DNA of 64,000 nt from Trichinella spiralis (lineage: Eukaryota): the NCBI RefSeq assembly GCF_000181795.1, contig NW_003526943.1, positions 1,917,647 to 1,981,646 on the forward strand, given 5' to 3'. Shown here one piece after another: positions 1 through 13,836 of the stretch. A program made the translations under genes and the position numbers. The stretch's first letter is position 1. Each line of letters begins with the position of its first letter. Under the pieces are notes generated by a model, which did not search any database, was not told where the DNA came from, and saw only the letters and a program-made list of their open reading frames with translations.

Positions 1-20
1 ACTAATAAATAATTCTTCAG

Positions 21-365
21 GTAGAAAGTATGGAAAAGTCTACTGAGGAAGCTCAGCAAATTATTCACATTCAACCAGCAGCAGAAATTACCAGTAATGA
101 CAGTCATTTAAATATTTCTGAAGTGCAGAACAATGATGAGAAGGAGAAAACTAATCTCCCCGAAAAATTAATAAATGAAACATCATCTCCAGCTTTCAAA
201 TGTCCAGCAAATGGAATATTCCCTGATCTTTATGATTGCTCATACTTTTACAGCTGTGCAAATGGAATGCATTTTAGAGTGGCATGTGCTGCTGGTACAC
301 TATTCGACAGATATTTGAAAATTTGCAACCACGCAGCTCTTGTAAAGTGCAAAGCACTTAGCTAA
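21..365 (+). CDS. Last exon of a probable GH18 chitinase (copy 1): linker plus chitin-binding CBM14 domain; gene begins before the window
   Basis: Acceptor ttcag ends at 20. Six-Cys motif CPANGIFPDLYDCSYFYSCANGMHFRVACAAGTLFDRYLKICNHAALVKC has the same layout as the last exons of the two downstream chitinases. Confidence 0.8.
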   Translation, partial: VESMEKSTEEAQQIIHIQPAAEITSNDSHLNISEVQNNDEKEKTNLPEKLINETSSPAFKCPANGIFPDLYDCSYFYSCANGMHFRVACAAGTLFDRYLKICNHAALVKCKALS

Positions 366-1591
366 CGATCACATTTCCTTATTATTGCTGCATTTCTGAT
401 TGTTTTAAGTGCTGACAGGTCAATGATACGGTTGTAAAAGAGGCTCAAAGGCATTTTCCAGAATTTTGTTTTTCATGTTCTTACCATTTATTTGATGTGA
501 AAATTTATAATTGCACGATAACATTGGAGAATTATTTATCAGTAATAAAAATTTCAGTTTTATGATACTTGTTCTGAAATTATAACGCATAATAAATATT
601 TTTGCCGTTGAAGCTAAGCTACCTGTTTTTATTTAATTATTTTTATTTAATGCAGTAGGATGTTGCCTCACAAGTTGCTTTAAATTAAAAACTATTTTGA
701 CCTACAGAATGTTTCTGATATGCTGATTGAAAATATTTGATGTTTTTAATCAACAAAAAAAGGTTCTGTTCTATATGCGTACAGTTTAGTTGCTCTGAGT
801 GCAAAAAAAGCTACATTTTTAGGATTTAATAATAAATTCTCATCAGTCATGCAAAAGGCACTCACGCACAAAAGCATAGTATAGTGTACTATGCTATACT
901 ATAGTCGTGAAATTAAATCTCATTTATGGATAGTGGTGATATAATCATTGAAATTATTTATGAACAATAAACGAGAATTTTGCTTAAGGTATTTCAGTTG
1001 CATGTAATTTTTGCAAAGCTTTACAGCTTTTTTAAAATATAATTTCACTTAAGTATTTTACAATTTTTTGTTGTGTAGATTTGAATGCAAAAAGTAGATG
1101 AAAATTACTTGTGTTTTTATTAAAGCATGTGGTCATAATCTGTTCATCAGCTGTGAAAGAGTTGATCTTCTACTTAAATTAATGTGCTATCAAACAGAAC
1201 ACCATGCTAAATATTTACAGCTCAGTTCTACCTTATACAAAGAAAAGAAAACTGATTAAAACTAATAAACATGCAAATAAATAAATGAATTTATGCCATC
1301 TGTTAAAATCAATGTAGTGCACGTCCATTTTAAGAACATCTTGAATTTTATTAATGAATCATATAAAAGTAAGAAAATTTTCATAAAGTTATGCTTTTTG
1401 CTTGTTAAAACAATTATACCTTATTGATTTATTATATTTTGCATTACAAATAAATTTATTAGTTTAATTAATTAATTAATTAATTATTTATTTATTTTAC
1501 AAAGATTATTTTGTCACAGATTTATTTGCATTTTGCAAAAGCAAATTGGCATAAATTATTTTTATCATCATTAAAAATGAATGTTTTTTGA

Positions 1592-4295
1592 ATGAATTCT
1601 ATTATTAAAAATTATACTCATTTCTTTAAGATATTTTTGACTGTTTTCCTGTTGTCCACCGTCATTCCCAGGTATCAAGGTAGGAATCACTTATTTTTAT
1701 TTGAACAGTTGAAGCAAAATAATTTTTTGAATATTATTTGAAAATTAAAAAATTCTTAGTAAAGACACGTTAATTGCATTGAAAATTGACTGAAACAAAT
1801 TATGATAATAAAACTTTCCTTTTAAACCGTAAAAAAGTTTGCAAAAAAATTGAAGTTGGATTTGTCTCTTAAATGACTGCATAAAGCTAGCTGTGCATTA
1901 TTTTCCTGTCATAATAAATTATTTTAGCAAAAAAATACATCCGTGGATGTTACTTTACAAACTGGGCACAGTATCGACCTGGAGAAGGGAAATATTTTCC
2001 TGAAAATTTTGAGCCACATTTATGCGATTATGTTTTTTACGCTTTTGCAATGATAACTGACAATTTACAACTGACGTAACATGAAATTCCATTACATATA
2101 TTTTATTCAAATATTTAAAGATAACTTACAGTTTCAAAGCAATCACTTTTAGAAATTTTGAGTGGAATGATGTCAGCCGTCTTTATCCAAGTTTAATGAA
2201 GTTTAAATTGTACAGTCCTAATCTAAAAATCATTCTTTCAGTTGGTGGAGCGACTATGGGTACACAGTAAGCGTTATTAGAACTGGATTGTTATTGAAAA
2301 AATTTTCATTTATTCAGTTTAGAAAATTTAAACTAATTTCTGGTTCTGATGAAAACAGAAAAACTTTTTCTGAATCCGCCATTAAGTTTTGCCGCCTTTA
2401 TGATTTTGATGGACTTGATATAGACTGGGAATATCCAGATACTTCGACTGACAAAAAAAATTTGGTTCTTCTAAGCAGAGTAAAGTTTAAAACATAAATT
2501 TTATTTACTTTAAAATTTATTTAATAACTGATAAGGTTTTGCTCCAAAAATTCACAGAAGAGTCTATTCAAAGCGGAAAACCCAGACTGCTACTTACATC
2601 TGCTGTTACTGCCAATCATGTGAAAGCTGACATTGGTTACGATGTGCCAGAGCTGGCAAAGTTAGTTGATATTTCTTACTTTAATTTTCAAAGAATAGCA
2701 ATGAAAATATAGCGTATTTATTAGGCGAAGGTATCGATGTTTCTCATTTTTATTACTTTTTAACTGTAAACTACATTGTGTTTCTAAGTCAGAAATTATA
2801 TCAATTTCAGATTGTGGGATTTTATGAATCTTATGTCGTATGATTTACGCGGTGCCTGGGATCCCATTACAGGAATGAACAGTCCTCTGTTTAGCAGGAG
2901 TACTGATCAAGCGCATGTCAAAAAATGGAATATTGTGTGTTAAATAAATATCTAATTAAACTACGACTTAATAAGAATTTTGATTATAGGCGGACGCTGC
3001 TTATCACTATTATAAAAGAGGAATGCCAAAAGAAAAAATTATCATTGGTTTGGCTACCTATGGCCGAGGATGGAAACTGAAAAATCGCTCTGACATTAGT
3101 GTTGGCGCAGCGACTATAGGCGCTTCAGATTCAACAAAATATGTTCGAGAACCTGGCGTGTGTTCATATTATGAGGTAACTAAAGCGGTTTAACTTTGTT
3201 ATATATATATTACAAATGCTTAAAAATTCATTTATGATTAATGTGAAATTATTAAATAACAATTATTTTATATTAAATTTAAAATTAAAATTTAAGGTGT
3301 GTGAAATGCTTCAAACAGGTGGAAAACGCTACTGGGATCATCAGACGCGTTCACCTTATTTAGTTAAAGATGATCAGTGGTTTTCATACGATGATCCTCA
3401 AAGTTTCAGAGAAAAAGTTTTGAAACTGCATTTCAACTGTTTAATTATTTCTATCTGTTGTATATACATTTGTATGTATGTATTTTAGTTAGAATGGCTT
3501 AAAACAGAAGGGTATGGTGGAGCTTTTGTATGGACATTAGATTTTGATGATTTCAATGGTGTGTTTTGCCCAGAAAACAATGGCAAGAGATATCCTTTGA
3601 TAAGTCTGATGAGTGAAATTTTGGACGTTGATTATGTATCATCGGTAAAATTAATACTAAAACAAACTCATTAACGTTAATAAAGTTTTAAAAAGTAAAA
3701 ATGGCATTTCAAAACATGATTAAATCCAATTTATCATTTCATGTCATGCAGCACTTGTAGAATATTTATTGCTTTTTCACATAATTAAAAGACTATTTAC
3801 CGCCTGTTATTTAAATATGGAATGAAATCTAAGCATCTGAAATAGTTATAATTGATATCTTTATCATTTATACAGTTTATTTTGCAAATTAGACAAAATT
3901 AATCTTAATCTCTGCTGATTAGAGTTTTCATGATCGATTTATTTGCAATTCAAATTTAATTTTTTATTTAGGCATCAACATGGCCAAATATTAATATACC
4001 AGAAATTTCATGGAATACAGAGAATCATCGTGAATCTAGTGATAGTTTATTTAAGCAGTCAACAAATTCTCTGCAACCGGTATATTCTAATTGGAATTCA
4101 CTCACGATTCCTCAGCTTTTCCCAAGTTTTGGACCTGTTCATTGCCAAAACAATGGTATATTTGTTGACCATACCAGCTGTGCATTCTTTTACAACTGTG
4201 TACACGGAATTGCTCACAGAATGGCATGTCCAATGGGTACACTTTTTGACAAGCAAAAAATGATTTGTGAGCATGCATTTCTAGCAAATTGTTGA
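1592..4295 (+). CDS. Secreted GH18 chitinase with C-terminal CBM14 (copy 2), multi-exon
   Basis: Hydrophobic leader (IFLTVFLLSTVIP), then CYFTNWAQYRPG, SVGG, intact catalytic FDGLDIDWEYP, MSYDLRG, YGRGW and GAFVWTLDFDDF. Last exon 3972-4295 has a six-Cys CBM14. Start codon is tentative. Confidence 0.93.
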
Positions 4296-6133
4296 AGCTA
4301 TTTTTTATTGAATAAACACGAAAACCAATTAAAAATGTTAGCAATAAATGACAGCAGCTATAAAAAAATAATAGCCGAATGAAAATTTCAAGCAAGAAGT
4401 CTTAATAGATTTTCTTTCAATTTTGCCGTGTGATACTATTTTGCTATTGTAACAAATTTGCGTAGTTGCCACAAAATTTATTTATTTCATATTTCAGAAA
4501 CTTTTAAAACGGATAATATTACTGATTCAAGAAAATGAAAAAAACTGAATGATACACAAAAAATAGTGTGAAGTATTGGCATAAAATGACATTCATTCAA
4601 TATATAATTAAAAGTTATAAAAAATAGTTAAATCATCAAATACTTAAATTATACCTGAACATCATAAAAACGTTTTAAACAATTACATTATGTAAGGTAA
4701 AACACCAAATTATATTGTTGTGCATTGTAGTAGGCATGAGTTGAAGATTGGCAGACTTGCTGAGAACAGAAACAGCAGACTAGTCAAATCAGAACAGTTT
4801 TGGTAGTATAGGACATGCTAGTTGGAAACGCCGTTACAGCTTGCTCAGTAAATACTGACTTTATGTTATACATCTCGTTTTGTTTCGAGAATTTCATTTT
4901 CATAGTTTAACCAATAATGAAAATGGAATTTAACATAATTCTATACTTTCAAAGTTATTCTAATTTATCATATGAACATTTTTTATTAAAAAGTACATTT
5001 TTATAATTTTATAAAAACATGAAACAGTAAATGAAGTATAAATTTATTATTTATTCAGTATAAAACAGTGATATACTGAGCATCAGCTGTTTTCAGTATA
5101 AGTTTTTTCTATTTTATAACTAATTAAAAGTCTAAATGATTAGTTTACTGTTTCACGTATACATTTTAACAAGAAAGATGCACAAAATTATAAACTGTAT
5201 CACTTTAAACTGTTATTTAAAACTACTGTATCATTTTTCTACTGAAAATCACGTTCAGTTGTATTGTTTTAAATATTAGTTTAACATTTTTGAAAAGTAA
5301 TTTATTGATTTACTATCATTACTTTAAAAAACTTCTAAATACAATATTAGGCACAATAAATGTTAATTTTTCAACGGAAATAATATATATAATAGCTTTA
5401 AGATACTCTAAAATTAAATTGTGCTTATTTCTGAAAATTACTTCTAAAACAGTTTGAATTCACTGTTTATTGTATGCAGCGTTATAGAACTATGCTAAAT
5501 TTCTTGATACCGTGAACTTTAAAAACAAACTTAAAAAAACCATTTGAATAAAATTCATAATTATTTTATTAAAAAAAATAAATTATCCGTCTGCTTAATT
5601 AAAGATCCAGAGCATTTTGACCTTCCATATTATTATTTTATGTATCTTAAACAGTTTTTTTTAGTTATTCAAAGTATTTGTTTCTTTTATTAAAAGGAAT
5701 AATAACCATGTATATTTTAAGCAATATTTTACTAAGAATATTATGCATTTTGCAATTTGGGGATAAACATCATTGTTGATTTAAGCGTGTCAATTTGTCA
5801 AGTGTTTGAGTAAATAAACAATCAATAATGAAAAGAAAAGAAGTCGTGCGTGCGTGAATAGCCGAATAAGTGCCATTGGAGTTACAAGTGAAGGTCCCTT
5901 TGTTCGTTGAGAACTTTATTCTCCATGCTATTCCTCAAATTTGTATAAACCCATTTGTTGCATGATTATTCTTATCAGTTTGTCGAAATATCTGAAGAAT
6001 GCGAAAATATTTTTCCTTATGCTTTATTAATAATAATTTGCAATAATAAATGAAATGCTCAAAAAATGTCTTCATTTGCACATGAAATTATGGTATTGTT
6101 TTCACGGCTTTTACAATGATACAAAACAGGAGG

Positions 6134-8930
6134 ATGTTCACAGTGAGTTAGTTATTTTACAGCTGAGTAAAAATTTCTGTAATCAAATGTGTAAATTTCT
6201 AACAAAATTATGTTTAAAAAAGTTAAATTACACACATTTAATTATTATTTTGATCCAAAATTTCAGCTTTTTTATTCTGTTAGGAAATTTTGCTGTTAGC
6301 CTTTTACGTCTGCAAGATTTTCATTTCTTCAAGTAAGTTGTCACTATTTTTATAGATTTTGTATTTTATAATATTTCGTACAAATCATTTGTACAGAAGG
6401 AATAATGAAGAAAATGTTAAACAAATTAGTTATGAATATTATTTAAAAATTGAAATATTACCCAAGCTAATCTTCTAATTTTCAGTAATATGTTTTCAGT
6501 AAAGCAGACAGTAATTATTTTATAGAATTAATCAACAGCAATTCAGCATTGTGATGTAATGTTTCCATTGAATCCATGTATTGCTCATGAAATAGATGCA
6601 ATTAGCAATGATAACTTTAACTAAAGTGTATAACAATCTGACTTAAATTTCTTTAAACTGGAGTTAACAGTAAAACAATAATTGCTGAAATTGAAGTTGT
6701 ATAGTGAAAATGAAAATCTTTATTATACACAGCTGAAGCAAGAGAATATATTCGAGGATGTTATTTTACCAACTGGGCTCAGTACAGACCTGAGAAAGGA
6801 AAATATTTTCCAGAAGATTTCCAAGAAGATTTGTGCAATTATGTCTTCTATGCTTTTGCATCGATAAACGAAAATTTGGAAATAACGTAAGATGAATTTG
6901 CATGAATATTATAATTTTTAGCAAGTGATTGATTCAGCTAATCTTTTTCTATAAAATATTAAAATCATGTTTTACAGGAATTTTGAATGGAACGATGTTG
7001 ATCGTTTATATCCAGATTTAATGAAATTCAAAGAATTGAATTCAGATCTGAAGATCATTCTTTCAGTCGGCGGAGCAACATTAGGGACAAAGTTACCATA
7101 TGAATTCTTAAATTTCAAAATTCTTTTTGCAGTTTTACTTTTTAGTAAATTTAAAATCATCTCCAGTTCGCATAAAAATAGACAAAATTTTGCCAACTCT
7201 GCTGTTTTGTTTTGCCGTAAGCATGGTTTTGACGGCATAGATATTGACTGGGAATATCCAGATTCAGCAGAAGATAATCAAAATTTAGTTTTGCTCAGTA
7301 GAGTAAGTTATTTTCAATTATTTTGATTGCTGAAAGTTCTGCTTGCTTATAAAATTCAGGTATTATTGGAAACATTTATAACGGAAGCTGAACAAAGTGG
7401 AAATAGAAGACTTTTTCTCACATTTGCAGTTACTGCCAATCAAATTAAAGCTGATATAGGCTACAATGTATCAGAATTGTCCAAGTATGAAATAAATTTT
7501 AAAAAAATGGATAAAAATTTACACTTAACTTTTGATTTTCATTTCCATTATCACTGTCAAAGTCTATTTGATAAACTAGGATTTGGGATTTTATGAATTT
7601 GATGTCCTATGATTTTCACGGTGCGTGGGATTCTTACACTGGTATCAATAGTCCGCTGTTTAGCAGAAGCACTGATTCAAAAATCCTGAAAAAGTGGAAC
7701 ATTGTATACATTAAATATTTTCCAAAAAATACGCTTATTTAATGCAAAATGCAGAATATTTCACACAGGCAGATGCAGCTCACTATTATTATAAGAGGGG
7801 AATGCCCAAAGAGAAAATTGTAATTGGCCTTCCTACATATGGACGAGGATGGACGTTGCAAAATGCATCGAACATTAAAATAGGTGCTCCAGCAGTTGGT
7901 GCTTCAGTGGCAACAAAATATGTTCGTGAGCCTGGCGTATGTTCGTATTATGAAGTAAGTGAGATTTATTTGTGGGAAGAACTTTATACCTAAATTACTG
8001 ATGACAATCAAATTTTAATTGCTAAATTAAATACTACTTAAGGCATGCGAAATGATGCAAGACGGTGGAATACGTTACTGGGATGAAGAAACCGCTTCAC
8101 CATATTTAATTAAAGGAAATCAGTGGATTAGCTTTGATGATCAGGAGAGTTTTAGAAGAAAAGCAAGTAACCGATTGATAAAAGTGCTTTTATGAGAAAC
8201 TGTATTTTTCAGCTAGAATGGATTAAGCAAGAAGGATACGGGGGTGCGTTTGTATGGACGTTGGATTTTGACGATTTCAACGGACAATTTTGTCTGCAGA
8301 ATCATGGAAAAACGTACCCATTAACAAGTCTGATTTCAGAAATACTTTCAGAAATGGTAGCTAGCACTTACATTTCTATTAATGCTTACATAAAACGGCA
8401 ATAGTCATTTTATGACTTTTGAAAATTGTCGTAATTGTAAAATTTGTAGGAAAATAATTTTTACGAACTATTGTATTGTAAAAAAGAAACTTAAGAAATT
8501 ATACTTTCAGCCAATCAACAGCAGTGATAAAAACATACCAAATGCTCCAGAAAAAGCTGCAACGTTGCTTAATAGCAAAGAGCAGCAGTTGAACGAGTCA
8601 AACGATGGAACTTTTTCATCATCGGTAGCTCACATACCAACAACGACAGCATTTACTGTTTGGCAAGAACTTCAAGAATCTGTAAAAACGGATGAAATCA
8701 CTTCGGACAATGAAACTGTTGTTGAAGAAATGCCGAAACATTTCCAATGCCCCAAACCATCCGGTCTTTTCCCAAATCCAGATGATTGTGCATCGTTTTA
8801 CAACTGCGCCCACAATATCCCGTACGTGATAAACTGCCCACCGGAAACATTATTCGACGAAAAATTGCTAATCTGCAATCATGCCTACCATGTAAATGGA
8901 ACACGGCCAGGATGCAACGTACCGTTGTGA
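6134..8930 (+). CDS. Secreted GH18 chitinase with C-terminal CBM14 (copy 3), multi-exon
   Basis: Leader exon EILLLAFYVCKIFISS (~6284-6332), then CYFTNWAQYRPE, FDGIDIDWEYP, MSYDFHG, YGRGW, GAFVWTLDFDDF, a long S/T/E-rich linker and CBM14. Intron positions match copy 2. First exon (MFT at 6134) is tentative. Confidence 0.93.
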
Positions 8931-9176
8931 TTACTCGATGCAATTTTAATAATTTATAAACAACACTCAGTTCAAAGATTGTTCAAATGCGTATTGTATT
9001 TGAAAAGCTGAAAAAATAAAGAACGGGAAAAGATGTCCATCGTGGTTATTATTTTGCGCTTGCAAAGCGCGAATAATGAAAACGTTTTTTCAAATGCGTA
9101 ACAATAATGTTTAACAAACAACATTTCCATCCAAATAAATAATTAAACAACAATTTCAAATGGTGAATGAAAATAT

Positions 9177-12100
9177 TCATTTTCTTCCAAATTTTTGCAG
9201 TTTAAACAATGCCGGTAGCTGAGCATTGTATCGATCTTTGTCAATTTCCACGACCAGCAAATCACCATCGCTCATAATATCACAAAACCAACAATTTCCA
9301 TAGTGAGACACACTTTCCCCAGCTTGCAGCATATTCTGAATTGCAATTTCAAAATAGAAAAATTAATAAAAATCATCACAATTAGACAATTATATCCTCC
9401 ATACCTGACTGTTTTTACGCAGAAAAGATAACTTCTTGTCTCCATAAAGAATAATCGTATTGGGAAGATACTTGGAAGCTGCAACGCCAAAACAATCTCT
9501 TGACCACTGTGGTACTTTCTGTGGTTCCAAAAAATTTGATGTGCAAAGCGGTGTACACTTTCTTGTTTTTGGATAAAATTCCAAAACATGCCCACTTGAA
9601 AACAGAATCACAACTGTTCCTTCTTCAGAACTGAATTTCAAATCAACTGGACACAGCATCTTATTCGGTGCTCTGACAATCTTAAAAAAGATACAAAAAA
9701 TTTCAATAACAAAATCCTTCCCAAACAGGCACAAATAAATAAAAATTACAGATTTTGTCGTCACATCAATAACAAGTATATCATTGTGAGATGTAATAGC
9801 TGCTAAGAAACGGTCATCCCAAGATTGCACCAATTTTCGCACGCTGCACAACGAATTTTCTATAATTAATAACATCGCAAAAGCTATAACAACTGTTGTT
9901 AACTGTATATACCGATTAATTCAATTTTAAATTTTAATGAAAGCCGAAATTTTTCGATCGCAACAAATGACAAAACACCGTTGGCTGCTAACACACAAAT
10001 TTCCGTCGATTTCACGTTGATAAAGCATAATGCATCAGCTGGCTGCAGTTTATCATTCGACAATTTCAATTTTTTCAAAGAAACTTTTAACCCACTGCGA
10101 TCATCCTTCATCTGCAAATATGCAATACGTGAATAATGAAAACATAAACTTGGACAATTTTTAAAAGTTTACAAATGAACATTTTTAAATATCATTTATA
10201 ATTTACAACTTGAAAATAATAATTCAAATTACACAGAATCTATTTTACAATTACAATATTTAATGTTTTTACCATTAAAAGGTAAATCTCTGTTCACTGT
10301 AAAAAATTTATTTTATAATACGTACTACAACAAACATAATACTGGTACTGCAGGTATCTGAATAGGCCAATAAAATGGACCAAGCTCGTTTAGTATTCCC
10401 CAAGGCACAACATGTGATGGGTTTGCCTTTCTTTGAAATCAATGTTAAAAGTTTTTCAGGTGGTTTAGACAAAGGTAGAACTGTTCCCGAGACATCTAAA
10501 ATATTTTTTAAAAAAATTATCCAGATACGTATTTACAAAACCTAAAATTTTCATACCAGAATCTTCCGCTGTAGCTCCCAGTCTCCACAGTTCCAACTGA
10601 GTTCTATTATTGAAAAGTACAATATTGCTTTCTGCAAGACATTTCACGTTGTCCTAAAAAAGTTAGCAAGCAAAAGATAACATGCTGCTTATAACAAACA
10701 AAAAACTTAAACTTCAGCTTTCCCATTGAATGAAAAGCAGTTGCTTAAATGTCAGTTTACAAAGCTGAATCGCATAACAGCAGTACATTGCAAATTGTTT
10801 ACTTCATAAAAATTTAATTCATTTTTTAAAATTAACTTTACCGGATGGAAAGGTTTATACAAATGCCTTTCACCATTATCCATTATTTGATACATTGTAG
10901 CACCAACGCCTGCAGAAAGCAACCAAGAATTCTCTTTCACCAAACTGCCCACTGTCGTAGGTTGAAAACGTTGTCTCTTGCTTTCAATAAAAGTAATTTT
11001 CTTAAAATCGGCCAATTTTGTTTCTCCATCCAAATGCCTTTTCCTCGAAGACTCTGTTGTTTCCATACATTGATACTGACATATCAGTGAATCAATTCCT
11101 GATGTATAAACAACGCCAGTACCCTTAAAAAACAAATAATATTTACCAAAATTAACATGAAAAAAATTTTCTGTGCTTACCTTTTCTACGCAAACCGCTT
11201 GCACTGAACTTTTATGTGAACGCTTTGACTGAAATCAGAGTAAAAAAAGTTGCAGTTAATATTTAAAAATAAAAATTAATTATGAAGTAAAATTATAAAA
11301 CTTCAACCTCTAATAGTATTCCTCTGTTGATATCCCAAAATGATGTGTGCCCAGCGGTGTCGCCGCTGACAAGTATATAATCGCTGTAAATAAAAAAAAC
11401 AAGCGAAAACACTTGCAGTAGGCCAACGCTGGCAAATGATTTTATAAGAGTGAAATGCTCACTTTATGAATTTCAAAGCATTGATTCTGGTTTTCTTCCC
11501 GGCGGAGTGGCATACGCTTACCTTCTGCAAACACTGCAACTTTCGAACATCCCAAATTCGAAAATTGCTCACTGAACCAGTAACGAGTAATTTACCTTTT
11601 TCTTGCCAGGCCATTGATTGAACACGATCTGTCAACAGATTGAAAAACGGATAAACGTAAAGCATATACGTTGTTGCAGAAAAAACCTTTCTGCCGAAGA
11701 AACTTGTTCGTTATTATTGGCTTGTTACTGTCATCGAATTCGACGAAAATAACACCCTCTTTACGACAGCCAACTGCTATTTGATCATTTTTTGGACTGC
11801 TGGCCATGCAAATAATAGGACTAACCGCGACTTTGATAAAATTCTAAATTTTCATTAAAAAATAATAATTTCTTAAAAAATTAGTCTTATTTACTTGGAC
11901 TGTGGAAGAATGGAGAGAAAATTCGAACAAAACACCTTCGGAACCACCGCAAAATATACGTTTCTGACACCATACCACACAATCCATTGTGCCAGAATTG
12001 GAACATGAGTATGACTAAAACAAAATCTCCTGGTTTTAGTTCATTAGTACAATATTAATCTGATCTTACCTTCAAAAATGACAAATTTTTATGACAATCC

Positions 12101-12319
12101 CACACTTCAACGGAACTGTCTGACCTAAATGAAATTCATAATATATGTGAAATGCGAACTGATTGAAATAAAAAAAATAGCAATAGTGAAAAATCCCATT
12201 AAACAGATTAATAATTACCTTGTTAGTGCCAGCTTCTGTAAATCAGATTCAACAGAAACTGAACGTATATGCACAGCAGTTGGAGTAGAAAGTTTGCAAA
12301 CGTGAACTTTCAGTTCCAT
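9177..12319 (-). CDS. UTP4: UTP4/cirhin-like WD40 U3 snoRNP (SSU processome) protein, multi-exon
   Basis: N-terminus MELKVHVCK...KLALTRSDSSVEVWD, several WD repeats (LVSGDTAGHTSFWD, VYTSGIDS), QLELWRLG and C-terminus LVVEID...AQLPALFKLQKFGRK resemble UTP4 family termini. Confidence 0.8.
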
Positions 12320-12671
12320 TTCAAAAAACCAAAATAAAAATTTCCTACTACAAAAAATAAAAAAGTTAAAAAAAAGCAAGTGTATAACTCTTATGTATGG
12401 CATAATGAAATAAATTAAGTTTTATTCAATCTTTAATTTTACGCAAATATATTTCTTTTTACCTTAGAAATTAATTAATTCGCAATTAGAAACCTATCTT
12501 TACTACTGTAGTTGTTTATAATCAAGATTCACATACAGTAAGAAAACAATTGGTAATGATTGTTTAATTTGTTAATAGCAGTTACCTGAAATTGTACTTT
12601 ATGCACTGTTATCTTTAATTCATTTTTGTATTGATTTTGTCAAATAATTTATATTCAAGTCATATATGGGA

Positions 12672-13701
12672 TGGTCCAGTTTGGTCTCACTTTTCACCGC
12701 GTTTTCATATCGTTTGTTGAGCGCGCTGTTTTATTGGGCCGTCAAGTCGTTGTCTTATTAGTTTTCCTTGTCTAATTGCTCATTGATTGAAATCTTTTCC
12801 TTGTGATTAGCTGTAATATTTTTTCATTTCATTGGTTCAGATATTCCATTTAGAATTACGTAACTTTAATAGTAGTGACGTAATGGAAATATTTATTATT
12901 CCAAAATTTTATTGTGTCNNNNNNNNNNCAAAGTTTCTTTTGTTACAAAACATCCATATATGTATTTTTATACATGTCGATGAGTTTTGCTGTTTGTATG
13001 AAAAATTCTGTTTGACGTTCATACATTTCATATAAAATACAGTCCAACTTGATTAAGTGCACAAAATTTTGGCCGAAAAAAAATTCCCTGTAGTTAATTA
13101 AACGGTAAAATAATGGATAAGTGCATGGAAATTCTTGCCAAATTCCATGCTCACTTATAACCAAGTTCAAATACAATTTGAAATGCAACATCAAACAGAT
13201 CAGCTACATCATAAGCGCTGCTTTTGATGCGGAATATTTTAATATTTCGTTATCATTGAAATATACATTGAAAGGTTGCAAATATAAATGAAAACAGATG
13301 GCAATTTAAGTGTTCACCAACACAGTAGTCGGTTTCGTTCAGATGTTGGAATAGAAATTTTACAATTTACACCAAATATATAAAACTAAATTTGTTTCTA
13401 TAAACTTCACCACAAATAACATATTTAAATAAACAAATTTTCAATGAATGACAAAACTTCAAACACAATAAAATTTTGGAATAATAAATATTTCCATTTT
13501 TTATGTTACGTCACTACTATTAAAGTTGCATAATCCTAAATGGAATATGTGAGCCAATGAAATGAAAAATTATTACAGCTAATCACAAGGGAAAGATTTG
13601 AATCAATTAGACAAGTAAAACCAATAAGACAACGACTAGACGGCCCAATAAAATAGCGTGGTCAACGACCAATAAGAGTAACGTGGGACCGGTCTGGACC
13701 A
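12672..13701. mobile_element. Non-autonomous inverted-repeat (MITE/foldback) element with ~245-bp arms
   Basis: 12672-12917 is the reverse complement of ~13463-13701, e.g. tttccttgtgattagctgtaata / tattacagctaatcacaaggga and ggaaatatttattattccaaaattttattgtgt / acacaataaaattttggaataataaatatttcc. No clear TSD. Confidence 0.8.
12919..12928. other. Assembly gap (10 N)
   Basis: Run of n characters at the inner end of the left inverted-repeat arm. Confidence 1.
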
Positions 13702-13836
13702 AACAAGTTAAACTGATAATAATTAATGAGTATTTGAAAGTTTTTATAGTTTGTTTAAAAATGGTGCAATGAGAGATTTTCCCGTTCGATTTATAATCGT
13801 TTTTCACAAGGTGACTAAAACTTTTCAGTCATTACG

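Noticed and set aside
873..895. Hairpin agcatagta-tagtg-tactatgct
   Set aside because: A 9-bp stem in low-complexity sequence with no supporting context.
4717..4900. Slightly GC-richer block resembling an old solo LTR between chitinases
   Set aside because: No convincing terminal repeat or TSD.
5018..5158. Short inverted repeat tgaaacagtaaa / tttactgtttca
   Set aside because: Only ~12 bp in AT-rich DNA; cannot separate a tiny MITE from chance.
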